Source of the DNA: a virus
Lineage: Duplodnaviria > Heunggongvirae > Uroviricota > Caudoviricetes
IMG/VR virus record: IMGVR_UViG_2740892229_000023
Reading direction: 5' to 3' (one strand)
Length of the DNA: 23,828 nucleotides
Shown: one piece after another, positions 9,395 to 17,421 of the stretch
Layout of the letters: each line of letters opens with the position of its first letter
Numbering within the stretch: position 1 is the first letter of the stretch
The notes under the pieces: model-generated
What the model was told of the DNA's origin: nothing
The model's input: only the letters and a program-made list of their open reading frames with translations
The model's database searches: none
Program-made: the position numbers and the translations under genes

Positions 9395-9460
9395 TGGCGA
9401 AGTAACCACTCTTAACACGATATAATACTTTTTGCGTACGCGTTAGGGTTTTTATAAACT
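9395..9460 (-). promoter_or_regulatory. Candidate late promoter PR' and Q-utilisation region of prophage 2
   Basis: Reverse complement ...CGTACGCAAAAAGTATTATATCGTGTTAAGAGTGGTTACTTCG aligns with 6211..6260 of prophage 1. Confidence 0.35.
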
Positions 9461-9504
9461 ATGCATCCCCATTCTCGCTATCTTTAGTCGGTCCTGGAAT
9501 ACAC

Positions 9505-10431
9505 ATGAAAGTTAGAAGCATAGGATTTACAATAAATAACAATAACAAAAATATTAATACCGTTGACGTAATGAATGCTTTTATCAACGCATCAAACAGA
9601 GAACACAATCGCACAGACTATACTCGTAAAATTCTCATTTCGGATGTGAATGATTTCTATTATGGATTAGTTGTCACATTCAGAAACCAAAAAAAGAACT
9701 GTAAGTCGCAATTTGTTGATGGTAAATTCCAGCTTAAAATTGAAGATCTTCAAGGAAGTGACAAACTTGCTAATTTCAACTTTTTCTTAATTAAAAAATC
9801 TAATCTTTCTGGTCTCTATATGTATCACCACGGTTCATGCAGTCTGAACACTCTCTTTTCTCATTTAGAAACAATAAGTAATGAATTTATCAGAAATCAA
9901 AATAAAGAAGAAATAAAAAAACTTGGTGATAAACCAAAACAAAAAGAAGTAACTGCAATAAATAAAAAATACAAAGAAAGACTGACTTTCAGCCTTATGA
10001 CAAACAAAAACAACATTCAGAGTGTTTTATGTCAATTCAAAGAGATTAAAAGCACAAGCTTTAAATTTAATTATATAGATTTTAAAGGTGGACCAATGAC
10101 TGCGCTTGAACAATTTGTTAACACCACCACAATAGATATGAATTTTAATTCTAGCGACAGAACAAAAGTGCAACAACTATCTCAGAATCTTTCAAATATT
10201 TATAATTCTATGAGTGGAGTTGCTAAAGCACAGGTTATTGCAGTAAACCATGCAGGAATAGAAAAAACCATTGATTTTATGAACTGCCCTGTTTTTTTTG
10301 AAACATACGATTTCGATATAATTGCCGATAAAGTCAATGGATTGACAAACGATAATTATACAACAAACCCTGTTTTTGATATGATAAAAGAAGAAATGCT
10401 GAACGGGACGAATAAAAATGCCTTTATATGA
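9505..10431 (+). CDS. Hypothetical soluble protein, cargo gene A of the AT-rich cassette
   Basis: 308-aa ORF, strongly AT-rich with Asn/Lys-rich composition, opposite in orientation to the surrounding phage genes; no family recognised. Confidence 0.6.
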   Translation: MKVRSIGFTINNNNKNINTVDVMNAFINASNREHNRTDYTRKILISDVNDFYYGLVVTFRNQKKNCKSQFVDGKFQLKIEDLQGSDKLANFNFFLIKKSNLSGLYMYHHGSCSLNTLFSHLETISNEFIRNQNKEEIKKLGDKPKQKEVTAINKKYKERLTFSLMTNKNNIQSVLCQFKEIKSTSFKFNYIDFKGGPMTALEQFVNTTTIDMNFNSSDRTKVQQLSQNLSNIYNSMSGVAKAQVIAVNHAGIEKTIDFMNCPVFFETYDFDIIADKVNGLTNDNYTTNPVFDMIKEEMLNGTNKNAFI

Positions 10432-10966
10432 ATGGCTAATAACTAAAAGATTGAGGTATCAGTACCTTACACTGCTTGCATTCTCGATCCTGGCATTGCT
10501 TGCACTTTACCTATTGTACAGAAACACACCTAAAGTAAGTGTTAACTTTTTTGATTTTTATCATAAAAACTTACGAGGCTATCTCTTCTCCGGTTTTATT
10601 TCCGTGGGCTCATTTTTATTGAGCCTGCATACCTTTGTCATAATAAATTTACGCGATAAGGTTTTTGCAACTCAGGAATATAAGGAAATTTATAGCATTG
10701 CCACTGGTATACCTATTGACAAAATCAATGATAGTGTACTTTATAAACCTTTAGACAATTTATCCTCATTTATTAATACATCAATATTATGTTCTATCAC
10801 AACAGCAATTGCACAATTCACTATTGGACTTTCAACTAATTTATATGCATGCTTATTTTGCGTATGGCTTGCAATGCTAACGGTATTTTTTTTATTACAT
10901 TGCCTCATCATAATCAGACAAAATATTAAAATTTTATTAAAGCAACAGAGAAAAAAAGGGGGGTAA
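10418..10966 (+). CDS. Hypothetical integral membrane protein (about 4 TM helices), cargo gene B
   Basis: 182-aa ORF overlapping gene A by 14 nt; hydrophobic segments LTLLAFSILALLALYLLY, YLFSGFISVGSFLLSLHTFVIINL, ILCSITTAIAQFTIGL, LYACLFCVWLAMLTVFFLLHCLIII. Confidence 0.6.
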   Translation: MPLYEWLITKRLRYQYLTLLAFSILALLALYLLYRNTPKVSVNFFDFYHKNLRGYLFSGFISVGSFLLSLHTFVIINLRDKVFATQEYKEIYSIATGIPIDKINDSVLYKPLDNLSSFINTSILCSITTAIAQFTIGLSTNLYACLFCVWLAMLTVFFLLHCLIIIRQNIKILLKQQRKKGG

Positions 10967-10975
10967 TTCCCCCTA
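10951..10975. terminator. Possible bidirectional terminator between cargo gene B and Q
   Basis: A7 tract, GGGGGG-TAAT-TCCCCC hairpin, then TAATATT; lies between two convergent genes. Confidence 0.4.
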
Positions 10976-10978
10976 ATA

Positions 10979-11323
10979 TTACAACATTGAAAGCACACCA
11001 TCCAGAAAACCAAGAGCTGTTTGCAACTCTTTTCTTATTGTCCCATCAGAACACTTCTGCTTCTTTGCAATAGTTCTTAGTGAGATGCCGATAACAAAAT
11101 GAGCAATAACCAACTCATACTCTTCGGGCTTATATTTCCGCAATCGCGCAACACAGCTGTCAATCATGATTCCTTCATCATCATCGCATTGTTGGCGTGT
11201 TTTCTTTCCATGAGGTAGTAAACCTTTAAACCCTGCAGCAACAGGCTGCCAGTTCACACCACTGTTATCTGCTGCAGCCCATGCACCCCAGCGGTCCAAT
11301 ACTTCATACATATCACGCATCAA
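10979..11323 (-). CDS. Late gene antiterminator Q-like protein (QuuD-family homolog)
   Basis: 114 aa (MMRDMYEVLDRWGAWAAADNSGVNW...QQCDDDEGIMIDSCVARL) parallels the quuD product at 4168..4551. Confidence 0.8.
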   Translation of the reverse strand: MMRDMYEVLDRWGAWAAADNSGVNWQPVAAGFKGLLPHGKKTRQQCDDDEGIMIDSCVARLRKYKPEEYELVIAHFVIGISLRTIAKKQKCSDGTIRKELQTALGFLDGVLSML

Positions 11324-11337
11324 CTTTCTCCACCAAA

Positions 11338-12333
11338 TCAGGCCAGCACGCCAATTGCCAGCGCACGATCGATAAAACGAAATATCAGCTCCAGCTGGGA
11401 GCCATACTTCTCTTCAAATGCCACGGTATCCGCATGCAGCTCGTCGTGATGCTTTCTGCACAAAGGCAACACAAAGAGGTCATGCGCTTTTGTACCCATT
11501 CCCCCCTGACCGTGGCCTATCAGGTGGTGGGGATCATCAGCGGGCTTTCCACAACATGCACACGGCTGTGTCTTAACCCAGCGCGTGTACTTCTCATTAA
11601 CCCAGCGGCGACGTTTTGGGCGTAACATAAAAGACTCCGGCGACTCCGGATCCACTTTCAGCGCCAGCACCTTTTTTGCCTTATCCTGGATGATGCTGGT
11701 GGCAGGAACCGAAGGCACAAGGTCACTTTCCCGGGTGACAGACGGCACAACAGGCTTTGGTAATCTCAGTGCCTTACGGGCTGCACTTTCCGGTAAGGCA
11801 TCCGCCAGGTCATTACGAATCAGCCACCAGCACAGTTCCGGCATTGTCACAACGTGACTATCATCAAAACCGAGGTCCCGACGCACAACAGACAACACCC
11901 AGCGGGCACAGTTATCCGTTGCCATTGATTCCAGCCGTTCCGTGAACTGATCGCGCAGCTGGTTATCACAGTGCCAGCACAGACGGATTGCGCCCGGAGC
12001 GTGTCGCATTGTGGTCATGTTCTCGCTGTGCCAGTCGGAATGAGGCCACTGGCAGCCTTTTTCACGAAGTAACCAGCTTTCAAGACATTCCACGCCACCA
12101 GCACGACGGATCACTGCCTCATTGCGGAACACGGCCCGAACAACAGGATCATCCGCCAGCGGTTGTGATGCCGCGGGAACGGCACCACTGGCGAAAGATG
12201 AATAACGTTCCGGCTCAGGCTCCAGCAGTACACGCCCCTGCATAAACAGGGGCATCAGCTCTGAACCTGGTCTGAACAATACGATCCCCATACGCGGGGC
12301 AATTTCAGGGGTCAGTAGTGCTCTCACGGTCAC
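11338..12333 (-). CDS. Phage protein with C-terminal HNH/zinc-finger-like motif (DUF968-like)
   Basis: 331 aa; C-terminal CACCGKPADDPHHLIGHGQGG...LPLCRKHHDELH motif; sits in the nin-equivalent region before Q. Confidence 0.55.
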   Translation of the reverse strand: MTVRALLTPEIAPRMGIVLFRPGSELMPLFMQGRVLLEPEPERYSSFASGAVPAASQPLADDPVVRAVFRNEAVIRRAGGVECLESWLLREKGCQWPHSDWHSENMTTMRHAPGAIRLCWHCDNQLRDQFTERLESMATDNCARWVLSVVRRDLGFDDSHVVTMPELCWWLIRNDLADALPESAARKALRLPKPVVPSVTRESDLVPSVPATSIIQDKAKKVLALKVDPESPESFMLRPKRRRWVNEKYTRWVKTQPCACCGKPADDPHHLIGHGQGGMGTKAHDLFVLPLCRKHHDELHADTVAFEEKYGSQLELIFRFIDRALAIGVLA

Positions 12334-12334
12334 C

Positions 12335-13165
12335 TCAATGAACGGTATCGAGCAGCTTTAACAGCTCAGGGAATCGGGATTCGAAGAAATGCGGCTGCGT
12401 CTCGCGCGGATTTGCAGGACTGGTAATGTTCTTGCCGAACATGCAGCCTTTCGCCGTCAGCGACCAGAATTTTTTGATGTTGTTAATCGCGGTACGGCTG
12501 TATCGTTCGCGTTGTTCAACGATCCCCAGCTTCGCCATCTGGTGATATGCCTGATTAGCTGTCAGGCGGATACCATACTGTTTCAGCAGTGCACTCAGCG
12601 ACAGCGTAGGGCGACTTGAGCCATCAGGCGCGTCAGCAGGAGCATCAATGGCATAGCGTGGTGCCAGATTCGGTAAGCCAACAGCCTCCTGGAGTTTCTG
12701 ACAGGCCCCAAGCACAGATGAGTTAGACAGGTTTAACTCCCGGCGCATAAAGTCCAGCAGAATCACGCCAGCCTGCATCTTGTCAGCAGCCTGCCCGGAT
12801 AATTTTTCCGGTGCGCTGGTTACCATATCGAAAGTACGGATCACCTTCAGATGGAATGACGGGCTGATCCACATTGCATAGGCATACACCAGTTCTTTGC
12901 AGACATACGTCCCCTGGTTATTTCCGCCACGAATAACGTTAACTGGCTCTATATTGACCGAGTTGCAAATCTGCAACTCGCTTATTAAACGTTCAGTTTG
13001 CTCATTGCGGAGCCAGAATGCAGGCTTATGCTTATCCAGAGAACCGGCAGCCCTGTGCAGATCGTTCAGGCTGTAACGCCCAAAAGCATCACGACGAACT
13101 TCAATACCATCAATGACCATCAGATTATTCATACTTCGTTTCTCCTCTTGATCAGGCGGCTGCAC
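12335..13165 (-). CDS. KilA-N domain protein
   Basis: N-terminal VIDGIEVRRDAFGRYSLNDLHRAAGSLDKHKPAFWLRNEQTERLISEL resembles KilA-N; true start may be ATG 13132. Confidence 0.6.
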   Translation of the reverse strand: MQPPDQEEKRSMNNLMVIDGIEVRRDAFGRYSLNDLHRAAGSLDKHKPAFWLRNEQTERLISELQICNSVNIEPVNVIRGGNNQGTYVCKELVYAYAMWISPSFHLKVIRTFDMVTSAPEKLSGQAADKMQAGVILLDFMRRELNLSNSSVLGACQKLQEAVGLPNLAPRYAIDAPADAPDGSSRPTLSLSALLKQYGIRLTANQAYHQMAKLGIVEQRERYSRTAINNIKKFWSLTAKGCMFGKNITSPANPRETQPHFFESRFPELLKLLDTVH

Positions 13166-13541
13166 CCGCCGTTTTCTCGTACTTACTGATAGTGATCTCG
13201 ACCTTCCCTTCCGGGATAACCGGTCCCCACTCCACCAGCATTCTTTTCACCTGACTGTCGTCTTCCCACACACCCGCGTGGGTCAGGGCGTCAAACAGCG
13301 CCTTGTTATAGTTGTCCAGATCGCGGATCCGGTTATCCGGAGGAAACAACACGATCTCCACTGAAGCAGGTGCCGACGTTGGTTTTGGCAGACGACGTAA
13401 CTGCTCAACTATTGCTGCGCACGCCGCGCTCTGGAATTTTCGCCCCGCCGCGCTTATCAGGCTCTTACCAGCAAACGCCCCTTTGTTGGGGTGTCGCCAG
13501 TACGTGTTCACGCTGGGCGGAAAAGGCAGGATCAGCTTCAT
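13152..13541 (-). CDS. RusA-family Holliday junction resolvase (second paralog)
   Basis: 129 aa MKLILPFPPSVNTYWRH...RDLDNYNKALFDALTHAGVWEDDSQV, similar to RusA at 3583..3945. Confidence 0.8.
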   Translation of the reverse strand: MKLILPFPPSVNTYWRHPNKGAFAGKSLISAAGRKFQSAACAAIVEQLRRLPKPTSAPASVEIVLFPPDNRIRDLDNYNKALFDALTHAGVWEDDSQVKRMLVEWGPVIPEGKVEITISKYEKTAGAAA

Positions 13542-13864
13542 ACTTTCAGGCCCCTCTCATGTAACCAGTGGGTTGCACGCAGCTTTGCGTTTTCCTCACC
13601 GGCAAGCAGTGCGCGGATAATCCCGACCGCCTCGCTGTCGTCGTCCTTCACCGCGGTATGAAGCGTTATCCCCCGGGCCACGCCACGCTTTATCGTGATG
13701 ACGCCTTTTTTCTCCAGTGCACGAAGATGCTCTACCGCTGCATTCACTGAACGGTATCCCAGCATGGTTGCCACCTCCTGATTGGTTGGCGGAAAGCCAC
13801 GCTCTTTCTGATAAGAAATCAGCATATCCAGCACCTGCTGCTGGCATTGAGTTAACGTCGTCAT
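13538..13864 (-). CDS. LexA DNA-binding-domain-like winged-helix protein
   Basis: MTTLTQCQQQVLDMLISYQKERGFPPTNQEVATMLGYRSVNAAVEHLRALEKKGVI resembles the LexA N-terminal domain; no peptidase domain follows. Confidence 0.55.
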   Translation of the reverse strand: MTTLTQCQQQVLDMLISYQKERGFPPTNQEVATMLGYRSVNAAVEHLRALEKKGVITIKRGVARGITLHTAVKDDDSEAVGIIRALLAGEENAKLRATHWLHERGLKV

Positions 13865-14358
13865 TACGCCCCCACGTAATTCCCTGACAGATACCACTCA
13901 TCACTCGATACAGCGCGCTTGCTGCTTTTCCGTAAACACAGCTCACGACGCGCCAGAAAATTGTTTCGTTCTGGCTGGGAGTGGCTTTCACGGAATGCCG
14001 CCATCCACACGGTTGCAGCACGACGGTATAAGCCCCTGGACTCCAGTTCTTCAGCCTGGCGGGTCAGGCACAAAATCACCCGTGGATCGTTAGTACCGAC
14101 ATAGAAATTGCGCACAGGTCTGGTTTCTCGAACTGGTTGTGGTTCCGGTTCCTGCGCTCTCTCAGTCAGGCGCGGGAAATGTCTGCGTGTATCTCCTTCA
14201 CAACGGTGAGCCACACGCCCACTCTGACGTAACTTGCTTGCTGACTGCAGAACGCGCTGCCGTGAGTAACCAGCAAAAGCATCCGCAATGTCTCCGGAAG
14301 TACACCCCGGATGGGCTTCAATGAATTTCTGAACGTCATTTAACAGACTCATGATCAC
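13864..14358 (-). CDS. Hypothetical phage protein (possible PerC-like motif)
   Basis: 164-aa ORF with ATGA coupling on both sides; motif GLYRRAATVWMAAF loosely resembles PerC-type activators. Confidence 0.4.
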   Translation of the reverse strand: MIMSLLNDVQKFIEAHPGCTSGDIADAFAGYSRQRVLQSASKLRQSGRVAHRCEGDTRRHFPRLTERAQEPEPQPVRETRPVRNFYVGTNDPRVILCLTRQAEELESRGLYRRAATVWMAAFRESHSQPERNNFLARRELCLRKSSKRAVSSDEWYLSGNYVGA

Positions 14359-15296
14359 CCCCTGAATCCTGCCGGGATCTGGCTGTAGTCCACGTTGTCG
14401 TAACTGGATTTGAAGTACGGGTCTTCGCGTTTTTCGGTGTACGTGCTTACGGACGGCGATAAGCGCAGGGAAAGCTCATCCCATTTTTCCCGCAGCTTCG
14501 ACGGGCTGAGCACGTTACGGCACCAGAACGGATCGCGGCTGACGCGGCTGTACATCTCGCAGATTTGTTTGTGAGTACGACCATCCTGCACACACATCAG
14601 GCGAATTTCGTTTGCCCAGGCTGTCCAGTTCGGTTCTTTGGGACGAACCACCTCGCCGTCACATTCGGCAGCCTGCTCGTACAGGGCGATGATTTTTTTC
14701 CAGAGCCACTGTGCGCAGGTCAAATCATCCTGCGTCCCCCACTGGCGCTTTTTAGGGCTGAATACAACCGCATCAGGATGGCGAGTTAAAAAATCCTGTT
14801 CAGCCGTCTGCGTGTCCGGTTGCGAAGCGTCCGGACGAGAAGGTTTTTTATCTGACGGATCATGTTTTGATTTTACTGACGGATCCCCGCCAGATTCTGA
14901 CGGGTGAAAACCCGCTTTTTTGCCAGATTTCGACGCATCAAATTTTGACGGGTCAGATTTTGATGCGTCAGATTTTGACGGGTCAGAATCTGACAGTTGA
15001 GAAAATGCCGCTGCCTGAAGCTTCGCAACGTTAAGCTGATAAACATTCGACGCATTGCGGTTACCCTGGCGACGCGCCTTACGCGTTAACCAGCCTTCTG
15101 CTTCCAGCCGTGCGATAGCCGTTCTGACGGTACTCATCCCCGCGCCAATCTGACGGGCAATGGTTTCAATTGATGGCCAGCACACACCTTCGTCATTACT
15201 GAAATCAGCCAGGCGGGCCATAATTGCCACGCTGGATAACTTCATGCCTGATGCAGCGCAACCATCCCATACATAGCCGGTTAATTTAGTGCTCAT
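14355..15296 (-). CDS. Replication initiation protein (lambda O-like N-terminal HTH) containing an internal iteron array
   Basis: 313 aa; N-terminal HTH region (VCWPSIETIARQIGAGMSTVRTAIARLEAEGWL); repetitive SDPSKSDASKSDPSKFDASKS encoded by the iterons. Confidence 0.65.
   Translation of the reverse strand: MSTKLTGYVWDGCAASGMKLSSVAIMARLADFSNDEGVCWPSIETIARQIGAGMSTVRTAIARLEAEGWLTRKARRQGNRNASNVYQLNVAKLQAAAFSQLSDSDPSKSDASKSDPSKFDASKSGKKAGFHPSESGGDPSVKSKHDPSDKKPSRPDASQPDTQTAEQDFLTRHPDAVVFSPKKRQWGTQDDLTCAQWLWKKIIALYEQAAECDGEVVRPKEPNWTAWANEIRLMCVQDGRTHKQICEMYSRVSRDPFWCRNVLSPSKLREKWDELSLRLSPSVSTYTEKREDPYFKSSYDNVDYSQIPAGFRG
14891..14996. repeat. Iteron array (about six 15-bp direct repeats, consensus CAGATTTTGACGGGT): candidate replication origin
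   Basis: Direct repeats cagattctgacgggt, cagatttcgacgcat, caaattttgacgggt, cagattttgatgcgt, cagattttgacgggt, cagaatctgacag, with an AT-richer segment at 14830..14880. Confidence 0.6.
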
Positions 15297-15305
15297 GACC
15301 GACCT

Positions 15306-15644
15306 CTATTTCCCTGAATTTACGACGAAACTGTTCGAGCGGACTGAAGCATTCATGCTCATAACCTTCGCGGAGGTAGATAACCCGTTGTGTTTCCGGC
15401 TCCCAACGAATGACTCTGACGGGCACTCCGTAGTGATCTTTGAACCAGCGGTTAACTTGTCGCAAAGGACTGTCTCCTTCTGCCGGTTGAAATCACCCAC
15501 AGCCCACTCTGCAAAGCTGTGGGTTACAATTTCCCTGTCACCTGGTACATTCACTGCATAGCAATATTCCACCTTCGCTTTTCCACCCGGTACAGGAAGC
15601 GCAATCAGTTGCGAGCGACGGTAGTGTGTTGTTAAACTGTTCAT
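15306..15644 (-). CDS. Hypothetical early-right protein
   Basis: 112-aa ORF between the regulator-like gene and the replication gene; C-terminal portion looks low-quality and may be frameshifted. Confidence 0.35.
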   Translation of the reverse strand: MNSLTTHYRRSQLIALPVPGGKAKVEYCYAVNVPGDREIVTHSFAEWAVGDFNRQKETVLCDKLTAGSKITTECPSESFVGSRKHNGLSTSAKVMSMNASVRSNSFVVNSGK

Positions 15645-16210
15645 GCGTTAGTTTCTCCACAACCAGAAGCAATCGACGCCACGACGCCCGGAGCTGCACA
15701 CTCGCGGGCGTCATTACTTTCTGAAATGCAAAAAATTTTGTAGACAAGTGCTGCATGCTCCTGCAGCTTCGAAATTGAGAGATACAGCTCGTCGTTAATT
15801 GCTGTCTTCTCATGCGGTTCCACTACACCGTCTTCGATTGCTGAACGAATCTGTTTTGAATAACTGCCGATCTGTTCAATGACTTCCAGCAGACGCTGGT
15901 TAATATCGGCGTTGTCCACATCTTCGACGTCAGGAAGAGACACAAAGACGCCATTTGCAGACTGCGCCACAGCATCAGCAATGAAGTGAGTGCCACCAGC
16001 ACGCTGTAAAACCATTGCCCATCCCAGCGGGAAAATCTGATCGCCATCTGCACGAAGGCGGTTGAATAAAGCGTTTTCTGTTACATCGAGCCAGTCAGCC
16101 GCTTCAGCGTAACCACCCGGCAACGCCGCGATAGTTTTTCTGACAGCTTTCACGTACCACTCAGGCTGTTTTTCTACTTTCCAGTGATGCTTACCCACGA
16201 TTAGCCTCAT
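15641..16210 (-). CDS. Early-right regulatory protein (possibly YdaT/CII-like)
   Basis: 189-aa ORF immediately downstream of cro, in the position of cII-type regulators; family assignment from memory only. Confidence 0.45.
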   Translation of the reverse strand: MRLIVGKHHWKVEKQPEWYVKAVRKTIAALPGGYAEAADWLDVTENALFNRLRADGDQIFPLGWAMVLQRAGGTHFIADAVAQSANGVFVSLPDVEDVDNADINQRLLEVIEQIGSYSKQIRSAIEDGVVEPHEKTAINDELYLSISKLQEHAALVYKIFCISESNDARECAAPGVVASIASGCGETNA

Positions 16211-16241
16211 CGTTCTGTGGTTAAAAATTGAAAGTGTTCTG

Positions 16242-16442
16242 CTAATCTTTCGGATAGATATCCGGTCTTAAGTCAGATTTCGTAATTGCACCTGACGTGC
16301 ATTGCTCAAGTTTTTTAGCCAGCACAAAACTGGCTTTTTTATAGCCATTGAAAACCAGCCGTAAGTAGCCAGGTGTTGAGCCAACTTTTCCGGCCAACTC
16401 GCCCTGCTGTTCTTTGGTTAAAGAGTCCCAATACGCTTTCAT
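16242..16442 (-). CDS. cro: Cro-like HTH repressor
   Basis: 66 aa MKAYWDSLTKEQQGELAGKVGSTPGYLRLVFNGYKKASFVLAKKLEQCTSGAI... divergent from cI across a palindrome-bearing intergenic region. Confidence 0.7.
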   Translation of the reverse strand: MKAYWDSLTKEQQGELAGKVGSTPGYLRLVFNGYKKASFVLAKKLEQCTSGAITKSDLRPDIYPKD

Positions 16443-16445
16443 ACA

Positions 16446-16517
16446 ATATGTACCTCCGGTGTACATATTACATGATTGAAATGAACCTTCAAGATACTTG
16501 TACCTTAACGGTACAAG
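16446..16517. promoter_or_regulatory. Right operator region (OR) with two palindromic operators between cro and cI
   Basis: ATATGTAC-CTCCGGT-GTACATAT (16446..16468) and CTTGTACC-TTAAC-GGTACAAG (16497..16517). Confidence 0.55.
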
Positions 16518-16532
16518 GGTTTTAATTTCGTT

Positions 16533-17207
16533 ATGAAAACAATCCATGACATCCGGCGGTCTAACGCCAGAAAACTGAGAGATGGTGTTGGCGGGAATTC
16601 TTCCTTTGCCACTATGATTGATCGCGAGCCAACCCAGACCAGCAGGTTTATGGGAGATGGTGCTACTAAAAATATCGGTGACAGCATGGCACGACACATC
16701 GAAAAATGTTTCGACCTGCCTGTCGGATGGCTCGATCAAGAACACCAGACAACGAACATCACAAAAAAACCTGATGTTTCAATCACTAATAAACAAATCA
16801 CATTAGTCCCTGTCATATCATGGGTACAGGCCGGAGCATGGAAAGAAGTTGGATATTCTGAGGTTGATTTGAGCACAGCAGAAACGTATCCCTGCCCTGT
16901 ACCCTGTGGGGAAATGACTTATATCTTGCGGGTGATAGGTGATTCAATGATTGATGAGTACCGCCCGGGAGACATGATTTTTGTCGATCCTGAAGTACCT
17001 GCCTGCCACGGTGACGACGTTATTGCATTGATGCACGATACAGGTGAAACCACCTTCAAAAGGTTGATAGAAGATGGGACACAGCGTTATCTCAAAGCGT
17101 TAAACCCAAACTGGCCTGAGCCTTACATTAAGATCAACGGTAATTGCTCTATAATTGGAACTGTGATTTTCTCAGGAAAACCAAGAAGATACAAAATCAA
17201 AGCCTAA
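16533..17207 (+). CDS. cI: cI-type prophage repressor (N-terminal HTH, C-terminal S24 LexA-like peptidase domain)
   Basis: 224 aa; C-terminal ...YILRVIGDSMIDEYRPGDMIFVDPE...GDDVIALMHDTGETTFKRL typical of the S24 autocleavage domain. Confidence 0.85.
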   Translation: MKTIHDIRRSNARKLRDGVGGNSSFATMIDREPTQTSRFMGDGATKNIGDSMARHIEKCFDLPVGWLDQEHQTTNITKKPDVSITNKQITLVPVISWVQAGAWKEVGYSEVDLSTAETYPCPVPCGEMTYILRVIGDSMIDEYRPGDMIFVDPEVPACHGDDVIALMHDTGETTFKRLIEDGTQRYLKALNPNWPEPYIKINGNCSIIGTVIFSGKPRRYKIKA

Positions 17208-17218
17208 TCAATGTTTAT

Positions 17219-17243
17219 GAACCTGCTTCGGCAGGTTTTTTTA
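17219..17243 (+). terminator. Intrinsic terminator after cI
   Basis: Hairpin CCTGC-TTCG-GCAGG followed by TTTTTTTA. Confidence 0.55.
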
Positions 17244-17246
17244 TAC

Positions 17247-17280
17247 TTGACAATGTACCTTTGAGATACATAATGTACCC
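17247..17280 (+). promoter_or_regulatory. Candidate PL/OL: near-consensus sigma70 promoter overlapped by operator-like TGTACC half-sites
   Basis: TTGACA (17247..17252), 16-nt spacer, CATAAT (17269..17274); TGTACC at 17254..17259 and 17275..17280 echo the OR palindrome half-sites. Confidence 0.45.
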
Positions 17281-17344
17281 AAGAGAAACAACAAACAGGC
17301 AGGACGCCCACGAAGTAGCCCCCTGGAGCATATGAAGTCCAGGA

Positions 17345-17370
17345 TGATTCGTTAGCAACAAAAAAGCGCC
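17345..17370 (-). terminator. Possible terminator for the convergent gene 17422..17913
   Basis: Reverse complement reads AAGCGTCCTATAGGGCGCTTTTTT (stem plus T-tract). Confidence 0.35.
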
Positions 17371-17421
17371 CTATAGGACGCTTCGCTCTTTAACAATCTG
17401 GATATCCACAACAGTAGCAAT

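Noticed and set aside
14873-15055. 60-aa ORF with repeated QNLTRQNL peptide, considered as a repeat protein or CRISPR-like array
   Set aside because: Alternative-frame reading of the iteron array inside the replication gene; repeats are contiguous with no spacers and no cas genes nearby.
15289-15561. + strand 90-aa ORF overlapping the early-right operon
   Set aside because: Opposite to all surrounding phage genes and overlaps two - strand ORFs; judged spurious, though the - strand ORF 15306..15644 is itself of uncertain quality.
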